DNA of 64,000 nucleotides, taken from the NCBI GenBank assembly GCA_965261225.1, contig OZ253456.1:1190099-1254098 (forward strand). Direction: 5' to 3'. The translations under genes were made by a program, and so were the position numbers. Source of the DNA: Dehalococcoidia bacterium. GTDB lineage: Bacteria; Chloroflexota; Dehalococcoidia; Bin125. The notes under the pieces were generated by a model. The model was not told the origin of the DNA. It searched no databases and saw nothing but the letters and a program-made list of their open reading frames with translations. Of this stretch, positions 28,487-37,020 are shown piece after piece. Numbering within the stretch: position 1 is the stretch's first letter; every line of letters begins with the position of its first letter.

Positions 28487-28978
28487 TCATTCTGTCCGGA
28501 CAGATAGCCTCCCTTCCACAAGCCGGTCGCCGTCTGCGTCCACCCAGACGCCGTAGATGCCCATCCGTTGCGCGCCCCCGATGTCGTGCTCCAGGTTGTC
28601 GCCGACCATCCAGGCTTCGGTCGGCCCCACGCCCAGCGCTTCGAGCGAATGCAGGAAGGCTCGCTCGTCCGGCTTCCCGACCCCGAACTCTTCCTCGATC
28701 TGGATGTGGTGGAAGAAGCGGTCGAGGCTGAACCGTTCGATCTTTCGGCGCTGATTCCTGGTCTGGCCATTGGTCAGCAGACCGAGGCAGATGTCCGCCT
28801 CTCGAATCCGCTGGAGCGTGTCGATCACTCCGGGCAGGGGCTTCACCGCCTCCTCCCTGACGACGGTGAAGCGGTCGGCCAACTCGCGACAGAGCCTGCG
28901 CCAGACCTCGTCGGGGTTGCCGTACGAATCGAGGATGGTGTCGTCAAGGTCGAGGAGGAGCGCGTTGGGGAGATCCAT
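28487..28978 (-). CDS. HAD-superfamily hydrolase (subfamily IA)
   Basis: Motif I is LLLDLDDTILD, motif II is LGLLTNG, and motifs III/IV are VGK...MVGDNLEHDIGGAQRMG. The probable start is MDLPNALLLDLDDT. Confidence 0.75.
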   Translation of the reverse strand: MDLPNALLLDLDDTILDSYGNPDEVWRRLCRELADRFTVVREEAVKPLPGVIDTLQRIREADICLGLLTNGQTRNQRRKIERFSLDRFFHHIQIEEEFGVGKPDERAFLHSLEALGVGPTEAWMVGDNLEHDIGGAQRMGIYGVWVDADGDRLVEGRLSVRTE

Positions 28979-29304
28979 GGCGTCTTCGATCGTAGTTGGA
29001 TAGGGGCGGGTGAGATCGAGCCGGGTCGCAAGCACGCCTGCTCGGCGCGGCTCCGGACCTGCCCGATTGCCTCGGACTCGCCGACGAAGTAGCGCAGCCG
29101 TCGTCCGCCCGTGAGTGGGAAACGGTTCGTATCAGGGAATAGCGGAATAGCGGACCACACGATCGAGTGTTAGAAGTCAACGTCAGCGGCGTGTCTGGGG
29201 AACTAGAGGCCCGGCCCACTGGCTAAGCGCTAGCACCGACAACAGTTCATCGGCCCTCAGCGTCTTCACAGGTCAAGCGTAAACGTCAACTCGAAGTTTC
29301 TCGA

Positions 29305-30948
29305 TTAAGTCAAGTTTGGTGGGCCGGACTGGACAAAATCGAGAACCGATGTTTCGTCTCTGGTCACGCCGTCTGAAGGCATTGGAATGGTGTATCTCAA
29401 CGTCACGTCGTCATCGAGGACCTCGATTGATTTGACGAAGTTCCGAATCAGCGCCTTGCGCTCAGGAAACGTTCCCGCTTCGAGGAAGCCGCGGAAGTCG
29501 GACACGTACTCGGCAATCTCGGTGCTGGTCGGGAAGTCGGCTTTGCGCTGCCGCAACTGACGGTCCGCATCTTCCTGGGTGGCGGCGAGTTGATCCTCGC
29601 GCTGGCGCAGCGTGAGGATGCGCGGCGACAACGCCTGCATCGTCAGCTCCGTTGTCTCTAGCGCTTCATAGAGTCGTTCGAGCCGGCTGCGGACACCTGC
29701 CAACTCCGCCTCGATGGCCGTAAGTTGGCCGCCGAGCTCACCCGCCCAGGCGTCGATCTCCTCGGAGACCAGCACGATCAACTCAGTGATCGTCTCATCG
29801 GTCAGAATCCGTCCGAGGATGCGCTCGACAATGCGTGCCTCCACCCGGTCGGCGTTCAGGTAACGAGCGGAGAAGGAGCCGGCCCCTTCGCGCAGCAAGG
29901 TCCTACAGACGTAATAGAAGAAGCGGCCGCTCTTTGCTCCCTGGCCGGTGTAGGGATTGCCACAGATTCCGCAGCGGAGCAAACCACTGAGTAGGAACTT
30001 GCTGCCGACGCGGGCAGGCCGCTGCTTCTTCGGCGCGCGCTCCTGCAATCCCTGCTGGACCTCATTGAACAGTTCCCGCGAGACCAGGGCTTCCCAGGCG
30101 CCCTCGGTCCGTACCGGGTCGGGCTTCTTGTCGCCCGTCGTCGTGCGGCCCCAGATTGCCGTGCCTGTGTAGGCCTCATTGGTCAAGACGTAATGCAGAC
30201 TGTTACGTCGCCAACGCTTCCCCTTATTCGTGATTCCCCGCTCGTTGAGCTCGGCCGCAATCTCCTTCAGCCCAACGCCGCGCAGCGACTTCTCGAAGAT
30301 CTCCTTGACGATCGGACCAGTGTCCGGGTCGACCTGCAGTGTCGGTCGCTCCTTGGCGCCGTCCAGCACCTTGATCCGACGGTAGCCGAAGGGCGCCTTC
30401 GAACTCAAGAAGAATCCGCGCGAGGCGGCCTCGCGCATGCCGCGGGTCACTTCCTGGGCGAGATGCTCGGAATAGAACTCGTCCACGCTCTCGATGCTCG
30501 CCTCCATCAGCTTGCCGGTCGGCGTGTCGTCGGCGTGCTCAGTAACCGAGGTGACGCGGATCCCGCGCCGGCGCAACATCGATTTGAAGGCGACCGCGTG
30601 CTCACGCTTCCGAGTGAAACGAGAGAACTTCCAGACCAGTATCTCCTGCAACGGCGCGTCGGGTTGAGCCGCCTCATCCAGCATCTTGCGAAACTGGGGC
30701 CGGTCGGCGACGCGACCGCTCTCGGCCTCGTCTATGTACTCGCGCTCAATCAAGTAGCCATTCCGCTCCGCGTAGTCGCGAAGGGCGCGCAGCTGCGCCG
30801 CGATAGAGAGGTCGACATCCTGGCGGTCGCTGGAGACGCGGGCATAGAGGGCGGCGCTAAGGGGCGGGACTGCGGGATTCACTGATTGATGCTCTCGTTT
30901 CACGTCGCTGGGATAGGCACGTGAATGATCTGGCGTTCCAATGCTCAT
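29305..30948 (-). CDS. Large serine recombinase (resolvase-type catalytic domain, recombinase domain, zinc ribbon and coiled coil)
   Basis: It has the catalytic N-terminus AALYARVSSDRQ...SIAAQ...L..YA, the recombinase-domain pattern GKRWRRNSLHYVLTNEAYTG, a zinc ribbon LLRCGICGNPYTG...FYYVCR, and a C-terminal coiled coil. The start may be an internal GTG near 30870. Confidence 0.85.
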   Translation of the reverse strand: MSIGTPDHSRAYPSDVKREHQSVNPAVPPLSAALYARVSSDRQDVDLSIAAQLRALRDYAERNGYLIEREYIDEAESGRVADRPQFRKMLDEAAQPDAPLQEILVWKFSRFTRKREHAVAFKSMLRRRGIRVTSVTEHADDTPTGKLMEASIESVDEFYSEHLAQEVTRGMREAASRGFFLSSKAPFGYRRIKVLDGAKERPTLQVDPDTGPIVKEIFEKSLRGVGLKEIAAELNERGITNKGKRWRRNSLHYVLTNEAYTGTAIWGRTTTGDKKPDPVRTEGAWEALVSRELFNEVQQGLQERAPKKQRPARVGSKFLLSGLLRCGICGNPYTGQGAKSGRFFYYVCRTLLREGAGSFSARYLNADRVEARIVERILGRILTDETITELIVLVSEEIDAWAGELGGQLTAIEAELAGVRSRLERLYEALETTELTMQALSPRILTLRQREDQLAATQEDADRQLRQRKADFPTSTEIAEYVSDFRGFLEAGTFPERKALIRNFVKSIEVLDDDVTLRYTIPMPSDGVTRDETSVLDFVQSGPPNLT

Positions 30949-31028
30949 TGGAATAGTGTTCCGAACATACTATCCGATACGCCGGACCAGATGCTGAAAC
31001 AGACCTCACACACCACGCGTCATGCTGT

Positions 31029-31400
31029 TTAGGGTTGTCGAGTCACAACTCGGCCAGCTACAGGAGTGGATTCCCGCATCAGCGGGAGTAATAGACTTGG
31101 CGGGCTATTCGGCTTGTCAGCAGCCCGTTGGTCCGGCGGGATAAGGTCTGTTCCCAAGGATGTGAACGGGTTGATCACCGTGACGCCGCCATACTCCTGG
31201 CCAGCGTTCAAGTCCTCGGAGTAGACCGCGTCGCAATACGAAATCTGGTAGCGCTGGCTAATCACTGTGGCCGAGCGGAACAGCTCGATCGTCAGCGCCT
31301 GCACATGTCGCTTCGATAGTTCCTCAACAAACAGGATCGCAGCGTCGTGCGACAGTCTACCTGGTCGGCTCGGTCGGGTGACGTGGTAATAGAACTCTTG
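31029..31400 (-). CDS. Possible PIN-domain (VapC-like) protein
   Basis: The segment LLDSVDIVLSVQVLQEFYYHV...ISYCDAVY...GGVTVINPF loosely fits PIN-domain spacing. The listed ORF (to 31586) overlaps the higB remnant on the opposite strand, so the extent and even the reality of this gene are uncertain. Confidence 0.3.
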   Translation of the reverse strand, partial: QEFYYHVTRPSRPGRLSHDAAILFVEELSKRHVQALTIELFRSATVISQRYQISYCDAVYSEDLNAGQEYGGVTVINPFTSLGTDLIPPDQRAADKPNSPPSLLLPLMRESTPVAGRVVTRQP

Positions 31401-31511
31401 CAGAACCTGGACAGATAGGACGATGTCGACTGAGTCCAACAGACCGTCGGCGGCGCTGCCGGAGTGGTGCATAGCGCTTTGCCAGACGCCAAATGGAGGT
31501 ACGCTCGGCGA

Positions 31512-31791
31512 ATGATCCTGCGCATTCGGCACCGCGGAATGCGGCATTTCCACCGTCGCGGCGACCCAAGCGGATTGACTCCGCACGAGATCCCAGGAAT
31601 TCGCCGTATCGTGACAGCACTCGAAGTAGCGTCCGGACCAGGGGGACTCGGACGCGCCTACCTACCGATTGCATCCACTGAAAGGAAGCATGTCAGGATT
31701 GTGGACCGTTGACGCTTCCGCGAATCGCCGCATGATCTATCGCTTCGGAGAGAGAGACGTCACGGACGTTGACCTGCTCGACTACCACTGA
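31512..31791 (+). pseudogene. higB: higB-like toxin gene (copy 1) with a 1-nt insertion frameshift
   Basis: The N-terminal frame gives MILRIRHRGMRHFHRRGDPSGLTPHEIPGIRRIVTALEVASGP. The +1 frame gives LHPLKGSMSGLWTVDASANRRMIYRFGERDVTDVDLLDYH*. Both halves align with the intact copy at 32098-32376. The junction (around 31655-31668) carries 28 nt where the paralog has 27. Confidence 0.6.
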
Positions 31792-31802
31792 GGGAGAGTC
31801 CG

Positions 31803-32093
31803 ATGCCGATGAAGAACCCTTGTCATCCAGGCGAGCTGATCCTGTACGACTGGATCGGCGGTCTCAATCTGACCGTGGAGGCAGCCGCGGAGCATATGCA
31901 GGTGTCAGCCCAGTCGTTGGAGGACATCTGCCAGGGCAAGGCGCCGGTCACAACGGAAATGGCCGTGCGCCTCTCCAAAGCGCTCGGCAGCACACCTCGG
32001 TTCTGGATCCAACTACAGGCCAGCTACGACGCCTCCCAGGCCGACCAAATGCTCGACCAATTCAACATCAAGCGAATCGAACGGGCCGCCTGA
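31803..32093 (+). CDS. higA: HigA-family antitoxin (XRE-type HTH), copy 1
   Basis: The sequence MPMKNPCHPGELILYDWIGGLNLTVEAAAEHMQVSAQSLEDICQGKAPVTTEMAVRLSKALGSTPRFWIQLQASYD is the classic HigA N-terminus. The ribosome-binding site GAGGGAGAG precedes the ATG. Confidence 0.75.
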   Translation: MPMKNPCHPGELILYDWIGGLNLTVEAAAEHMQVSAQSLEDICQGKAPVTTEMAVRLSKALGSTPRFWIQLQASYDASQADQMLDQFNIKRIERAA

Positions 32094-32097
32094 GCCT

Positions 32098-32376
32098 GTG
32101 ATTACACACTTCCGACATCGCGGGGTGCGGCGTCTGCACGAGCGGGGCGACCAAAGTGGAGTCTCCGCTCGGCACGTCCGGAGGATCCGGCTCATTCTGC
32201 AGCAGCTAGACGTTGCGACGGGACCACAAGACATCGAGTTGCACTCGCTGGACTTGCATCCACTGAGGGGCGATCTCGCGGGACATTGGGCGCTGCGCGT
32301 GAGTGGTAACTGGCGGATCACGTTCCGTTTCGAAGAAGGTGATGTCCGCGATGTGGACTTGACCGACTACCATTAG
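32098..32376 (+). CDS. higB: HigB toxin (RelE/ParE superfamily, plasmid-maintenance killer protein), copy 2; GTG start
   Basis: The sequence (M)ITHFRHRGVRRLHERGDQSGVSARHVRRIRLILQQLDVATGPQDIELHSLDLHPLRGDLAGHWALRVSGNWRITFRFEEGDVRDVDLTDYH matches the HigB consensus throughout. Confidence 0.8.
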   Translation: MITHFRHRGVRRLHERGDQSGVSARHVRRIRLILQQLDVATGPQDIELHSLDLHPLRGDLAGHWALRVSGNWRITFRFEEGDVRDVDLTDYH

Positions 32377-32397
32377 GACGGCGAATGGAGACTAGCA

Positions 32398-32688
32398 ATG
32401 CCGATGTACAATCCGCCGCACCCGGGGGAAGGTGTTCTGGGCTTGTGCCTGGAACCGTTTGACCTGTCGGTCACGGACGCCGCGGCGCACCTTGACTTGG
32501 ACGAGGGGTATCTGGCCGACCTCTGCGCGGGGCGAGAGCGGATTACGGCTGACCTGGCAATCCGGCTGGAGCAGGCGTTCGGCGGCACCGCCGACAATTG
32601 GATGCGCGTGCAAGCGGCGTACGATCTCGCCCAGATGCGCCTGAAGTCAGACCACATCCAGGTCAAACCAATCGGCTCAGCAGCTTGA
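32398..32688 (+). CDS. higA: HigA-family antitoxin, copy 2
   Basis: The sequence MPMYNPPHPGEGVLGLCLEPFDLSVTDAAAHLDLDEGYLADLCAGRERITADLAIRLEQAFGGTADNWMRVQAAYDL is a paralog of copy 1. Confidence 0.8.
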   Translation: MPMYNPPHPGEGVLGLCLEPFDLSVTDAAAHLDLDEGYLADLCAGRERITADLAIRLEQAFGGTADNWMRVQAAYDLAQMRLKSDHIQVKPIGSAA

Positions 32689-32790
32689 CCACTGGGTCAG
32701 ATTGCAGACCGCCTACGACCTCGTCCAATCCGCAAGACAGCCTGCGACTTCAAGCGGATCAAGCGCGTAGCCTGACCATTCCGACACTGC

Positions 32791-33759
32791 CTAAAGCTGC
32801 TCCGGGGGAATGCCGTGCCAAGACAGTAAATCACCGGCGTCGGCATCTCTGACATCCTTCAGTTTGGGCGGATTGTCTTGATCATCGAGTGCTTCGTCCA
32901 ACTGACTCTGCGTAAGGCCAACGACGCCCTGCGATTCTTCGCGACGGCCACTATATTCGCCTTCTCTGTTGACTGACCAGGCACTAAACCGGGTCTCCGA
33001 CAAGACAGATTGACGTATGTTCGCACCACGGAAAGAGGCTCCGCCGAAAAAACAGCGACTAAGGTCCGCGTAACTTAGATTCGCGTCCCCTAAGTTGGCC
33101 CGCCTAAAGAACGCATCGTGAAACAGTACTCTCTCGAGATTCATTTCACGCAAGTCCCATCCCTCGAAGAATCTATCACTCAGATCGATCTGAAATTCTC
33201 GTCTCGCTTCGAGTGCCAGTTCAGCATCAGTACGGGACCCAATGAGTTTCAGCGCGGCAGCTTCATCCTCACGCAGCTTCGTGCCGAAACCGCCGTCGAA
33301 TGTGACGGCCGTAACGAGCTTTGAATCAGGAGGGTTTCGAATGAATGCAGCGAGCAAGGTCACCGTATCGACGTAATAGCGCTCTGGAACCTCCCGCGCT
33401 AGTGCACCCAAAGTGTGGATTGCACCCAGACGAACCGCATTCGAGTGATGCCCGAGCATTTCTGCGGCAGCCTGAAACCTCTGATTCGCGATCGCCTCTT
33501 GCGCTGCATCAACACTCTTCTGCGTTGCTTTGACTTGTCGCTCAGCCACCCAGCCCCTCCAGATTGCGAGCGGTAGCGCCAGTAAACCACCCATCATCAG
33601 CATGACGTTGCGAACCGTCGTGCTCAGGCTCTCACTCGTGCCGTTTGGCGTCGTGGAGAGGTCGCCCCAGAAGCCCGCTGATAGCCCTGCTCCGACACCC
33701 AGCACGACGACAACAGCGACGCTGAACCAGAATGTCCCTGACCTCAATAGGCGCCTCAT
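32791..33759 (-). CDS. Membrane-anchored pentapeptide-repeat protein
   Basis: Two N-terminal hydrophobic helices (FWFSVAVVVVLGVGAGLSAGFW and VMLMMGGLLALPLAIW) are followed by pentapeptide repeats (RANLGDANLSYADLSRCFFGGASFRGANIRQSVLSETRFS). The start codon overlaps the stop of the upstream restriction-modification gene as ATGA. Confidence 0.7.
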   Translation of the reverse strand: MRRLLRSGTFWFSVAVVVVLGVGAGLSAGFWGDLSTTPNGTSESLSTTVRNVMLMMGGLLALPLAIWRGWVAERQVKATQKSVDAAQEAIANQRFQAAAEMLGHHSNAVRLGAIHTLGALAREVPERYYVDTVTLLAAFIRNPPDSKLVTAVTFDGGFGTKLREDEAAALKLIGSRTDAELALEARREFQIDLSDRFFEGWDLREMNLERVLFHDAFFRRANLGDANLSYADLSRCFFGGASFRGANIRQSVLSETRFSAWSVNREGEYSGRREESQGVVGLTQSQLDEALDDQDNPPKLKDVRDADAGDLLSWHGIPPEQL

Positions 33760-36700
33760 CGGTCAGCCTCCGAGATCTTCGTGATACCCGCCGCCCGACG
33801 AGCCACTTCTGAGAACCATGCCACCTCGGACACCTCCAACCCCCTCCCCAACACCTTCGACTCACGGTAGCTCAGCCACTTCTTTAGCACCTGGTAGCCG
33901 CCTAGCCGATACTCCCACACCTCGATCGGCACGTCTTTCCAATACGCTCGATCGTTCAGATACACATCCACCATGTCTCCCCGACGCACCACCTTGCCCT
34001 GGCCGGGCATGACGGCTTGGTTGGTTCCGAAGTGGCCCCAGCCGGCGCTGATTTTGAAGTCGTTGGGTTGCATCGGGGCGCCGTCGGTGGTGGTGGGGAC
34101 GGCGATGCTGGTGTCGAGGAGGTCGCTGACGTCGGACTCGGTGTCTAGCAGGCGGGCGAGTCGGCGGCCTCGGGCGGCGGACTCGGCCAGGGCGTCGGCG
34201 CTGTCGGGCAGGGGGATGCGGGGCCAGCCCATGCGCAGACCGCCGGCGTTGGCCTCGCGGTAGGCGGGGTCGTGCAGCGTGGCGAGGACGTGGTGGAAGA
34301 GGTCCTCAGGCTCGGCGCTCATGGACTCGATGTAGGCCTGCGCCCGCTCGCTCAGGTTGGCGGTGCGCTTGACGCCGTTCACTTCTTCGCCGAACTGGTC
34401 GTCTCGGAGGTAGAGGGGGACGCATGTCGCGCTCCGGTCGAACAGGTCGAGACAACCAATCGTCGATATCACTTGCGCTGGTGACCACTCGCGACGCGGC
34501 TTCTGTTGCGAAACTATCGCCAAGTTGCCGGGAAACACGTGCGGTCGATACTCAGGTCGCGGTCGATCCAATAGTCCCGTCTTTTCCGACCAGTAGAGCC
34601 AACGGACATCAAACGGACGGTAGGCGTAGCGAATGAAGTCAGAGTCAGCCGCTTCAACGAGTTCGCTGATCCGCTTCCTGAGATCATCCAAGTTGATGTC
34701 TACGACCAGGGAGTCACGGCTCGTCTTTACGCCAGGGAAGTAGGCAGGAAACAGATCTAGCAGCGAGGGCCACTCGAACCAGTCGTCACTCACTGCGACA
34801 GGAGAGAAAGGCAAGCCCAAACCAGCCATCGGCCTGACCGACCCATATAGCGCTGAAGGATCCACCCCAGCAGACTCATCCAGTTCCCGCGACTTGCTGG
34901 TTCCCCACAGCTCACGCCAATCGATCTGTTCCGCGCTCTGATGCGACTCCTTACGTACTAATGTCGCGATGGCCGTCCCCACCTGGATGCCGACCGGATT
35001 GTCGGACGTGGAGAAGATGCTGGGATCGGAATCGCCCTCTGGGGTGAGCTTGCCGGTTCGGTATTTGTCTCCGTTGAGGTTGTCGATTCGGACGATGTCG
35101 AAGGCGTCGAGGTAGCGCTGTCTCATGCCAGGGAAGGAGAGGCCGTCGAGCCAGGAGTAGTTGCTGATGAAGCAGACGATGCCCTGGCCGGTCTTCTCGG
35201 CGATGCGGCGCTCGGCCATGCGGAAGAAGCGGACGTAGAGGTCGTTGAGACCCTGGCCCTGCGGTTTGGGCAGGTCGGCGCCGGGAACTTGCTTAACGGT
35301 GCGGTAGGCGTCGGTCAGGTTGCGCTCTTCGTCTACCTCGGCGACGCCGGGGAAGCCGTTGTAGGGCGGATTGCCGAGCACGACCAGGATTGGGCGCTGC
35401 TGCTTGACCTCGGTGGCGTCCTTGCGCTCCTGTTCGAGTTCGGGGAAGGGCAGCGGCTTGGTCGTATGCGGCTCCCAGCCGGTCAGGGCGTTGGTCAGGA
35501 AGACTCCGGCGCGCTGGCTGGGCGCAAGTCCCGCGCCCATCTGCTCCAGCGCCAGCCCGATCTCCAGGTGCGAGACAACCAGAGGGGCGGGCATGATCTC
35601 GAATCCGAAGACCCGCGTCGCGGCGGCCTGCCGGACCGACTCGGCCCAGGCCGCCCCACCGCCCGATGACTGCTCCGTCTCGGCAATCCGGCGCAGCGTC
35701 TCGACCAGGAAGGCGCCCGTTCCGCAGCACGGGTCGAGCACGTAGACGCGCTCATCGGCCAGTCCCTTGGCGATACCGAGGTCGTCGCGCAGCGCCCGGT
35801 CGACACGCGCCACCATGTAGCGGACCACCTCGCGCGGCGTGTACCAGACGCCGAGGTCCTTGCGCAGCTTCGGGTCGAAGGCTTCCAGGAACGGCTCATA
35901 GAAATACTGCACCGCTTCACCCTCGCTGAAGCGCTTGAGGAAGGCCTCACGGTCAACCCGCTCCAACGCAGCCTCGGTCCAGTCCAGCACGTCGTTCAGC
36001 GCCAGCCGTTCCAGCCGGCCGGGATCGGTGAGCTGGTGGAACAGCATCCGCAGCACGGGCGCGCGCAGGTAATCGCGCGTGTCCTTCCAGCGGAAGCGGT
36101 CCGCTGATTTGCTGGATGGGCCGCCCCGCGCCCAGAGCACCCAGGCGGCGAAAATCCCATAGAACAGCGTCTGCACGAGAGTCGAGCGGAAGAACTCCTC
36201 GCCGCGCTCGTCCTCGAAGGACATGCCGAGCGCCTGCTCGATGGAGTCGCGAATCGGTTTGAGCGAGTCCTCTTCCTCCTCCGCCTGTTCAACCCGCTGC
36301 AACGCATCGCGGGCATACGAGGCGAGCAGTCGGGCGAGGTCGCGCGGCTCGGAAATGGTCGAGCGGTGCGACATCACCCGCAGCAGATACTCGCCCAGCG
36401 AGACGCCGTGTCGATTGGCGGCGGTCACACGATGCTTCAGAAGGTCGTCGAATGCTGCAACCGTGTTGGCCGCGCTGTAGCGTTCCAGCGTCGCCTTTGA
36501 GCCGCTGTTGTCCTGTCCGACCAGCGCGAACTCGCGCAGATTCGTGACCAGCACGAGCTTGTGCTTCTGCCAGTACGTATCGACCTGCTCGGAGGCGATT
36601 AGCTCATCGAGGTCGGCGTCAGCGCCCTTGACCTCGACAACGCCGCGGTCCGGTCCGGTCGCAAGCGCTTCGCCGGCGCTTGAGAAGAACCCCAGGTCCG

Positions 36701-36902
36701 GTTGATGGCCACCCTGTTCGGAGTAATGCACAACGGCGCGGACTCGATGCGCGAGTTGAGCGCCGATCGCATTGAACAGATTCGCCAGCGCGGTGTAGTG
36801 CGATAGCTCCGGCGTTCCGACGAGGCTGACCTCTGCGATGGCGTCGAGGTACGCCTTGACCGCTTGCCTGAGTTCATTCACTGTGGTGACCCAGCTTCCC
36901 AA
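33756..36902 (-). CDS. Type IIL/IIG restriction-modification enzyme, MmeI-like (N-terminal PD-(D/E)XK nuclease, gamma-class N6-adenine methyltransferase, C-terminal target-recognition region)
   Basis: The N-terminus has D...EVK (HQPDLGFFS...GVVEVKGADADLDEL). The methyltransferase has the region VWYTPREVVRYMV, motif I VYVLDPCCGTGAFL and motif IV LGNPPYNGF. The length is 1048 aa with no helicase motifs. Confidence 0.75.
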   Translation of the reverse strand: MGSWVTTVNELRQAVKAYLDAIAEVSLVGTPELSHYTALANLFNAIGAQLAHRVRAVVHYSEQGGHQPDLGFFSSAGEALATGPDRGVVEVKGADADLDELIASEQVDTYWQKHKLVLVTNLREFALVGQDNSGSKATLERYSAANTVAAFDDLLKHRVTAANRHGVSLGEYLLRVMSHRSTISEPRDLARLLASYARDALQRVEQAEEEEDSLKPIRDSIEQALGMSFEDERGEEFFRSTLVQTLFYGIFAAWVLWARGGPSSKSADRFRWKDTRDYLRAPVLRMLFHQLTDPGRLERLALNDVLDWTEAALERVDREAFLKRFSEGEAVQYFYEPFLEAFDPKLRKDLGVWYTPREVVRYMVARVDRALRDDLGIAKGLADERVYVLDPCCGTGAFLVETLRRIAETEQSSGGGAAWAESVRQAAATRVFGFEIMPAPLVVSHLEIGLALEQMGAGLAPSQRAGVFLTNALTGWEPHTTKPLPFPELEQERKDATEVKQQRPILVVLGNPPYNGFPGVAEVDEERNLTDAYRTVKQVPGADLPKPQGQGLNDLYVRFFRMAERRIAEKTGQGIVCFISNYSWLDGLSFPGMRQRYLDAFDIVRIDNLNGDKYRTGKLTPEGDSDPSIFSTSDNPVGIQVGTAIATLVRKESHQSAEQIDWRELWGTSKSRELDESAGVDPSALYGSVRPMAGLGLPFSPVAVSDDWFEWPSLLDLFPAYFPGVKTSRDSLVVDINLDDLRKRISELVEAADSDFIRYAYRPFDVRWLYWSEKTGLLDRPRPEYRPHVFPGNLAIVSQQKPRREWSPAQVISTIGCLDLFDRSATCVPLYLRDDQFGEEVNGVKRTANLSERAQAYIESMSAEPEDLFHHVLATLHDPAYREANAGGLRMGWPRIPLPDSADALAESAARGRRLARLLDTESDVSDLLDTSIAVPTTTDGAPMQPNDFKISAGWGHFGTNQAVMPGQGKVVRRGDMVDVYLNDRAYWKDVPIEVWEYRLGGYQVLKKWLSYRESKVLGRGLEVSEVAWFSEVARRAAGITKISEADR

Positions 36903-37020
36903 CCAACGACACCAACTTCGACATCAATAGACACTTTACTCCCGGCTCTCTAGCTCTCTCCCTTGTCAGTCGAGAGTTGACTTCAGTCGCAATCGTGGGG
37001 CATTTGGTGCAGAGGAACTA

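Noticed and set aside
27571-28731. 386-aa plus-strand ORF over the AtuA-like gene, and other long antisense ORFs (for example 4649-5512, 15501-16481, 19916-20728, 22001-22786, 23287-24171, 26559-27920, 55562-56464, 57648-58757, 61350-62489)
   Set aside because: Each lies opposite a gene with strong family-level evidence and is Arg/Ala/Pro-rich. These are typical stop-codon-poor antisense frames of a high-GC genome.
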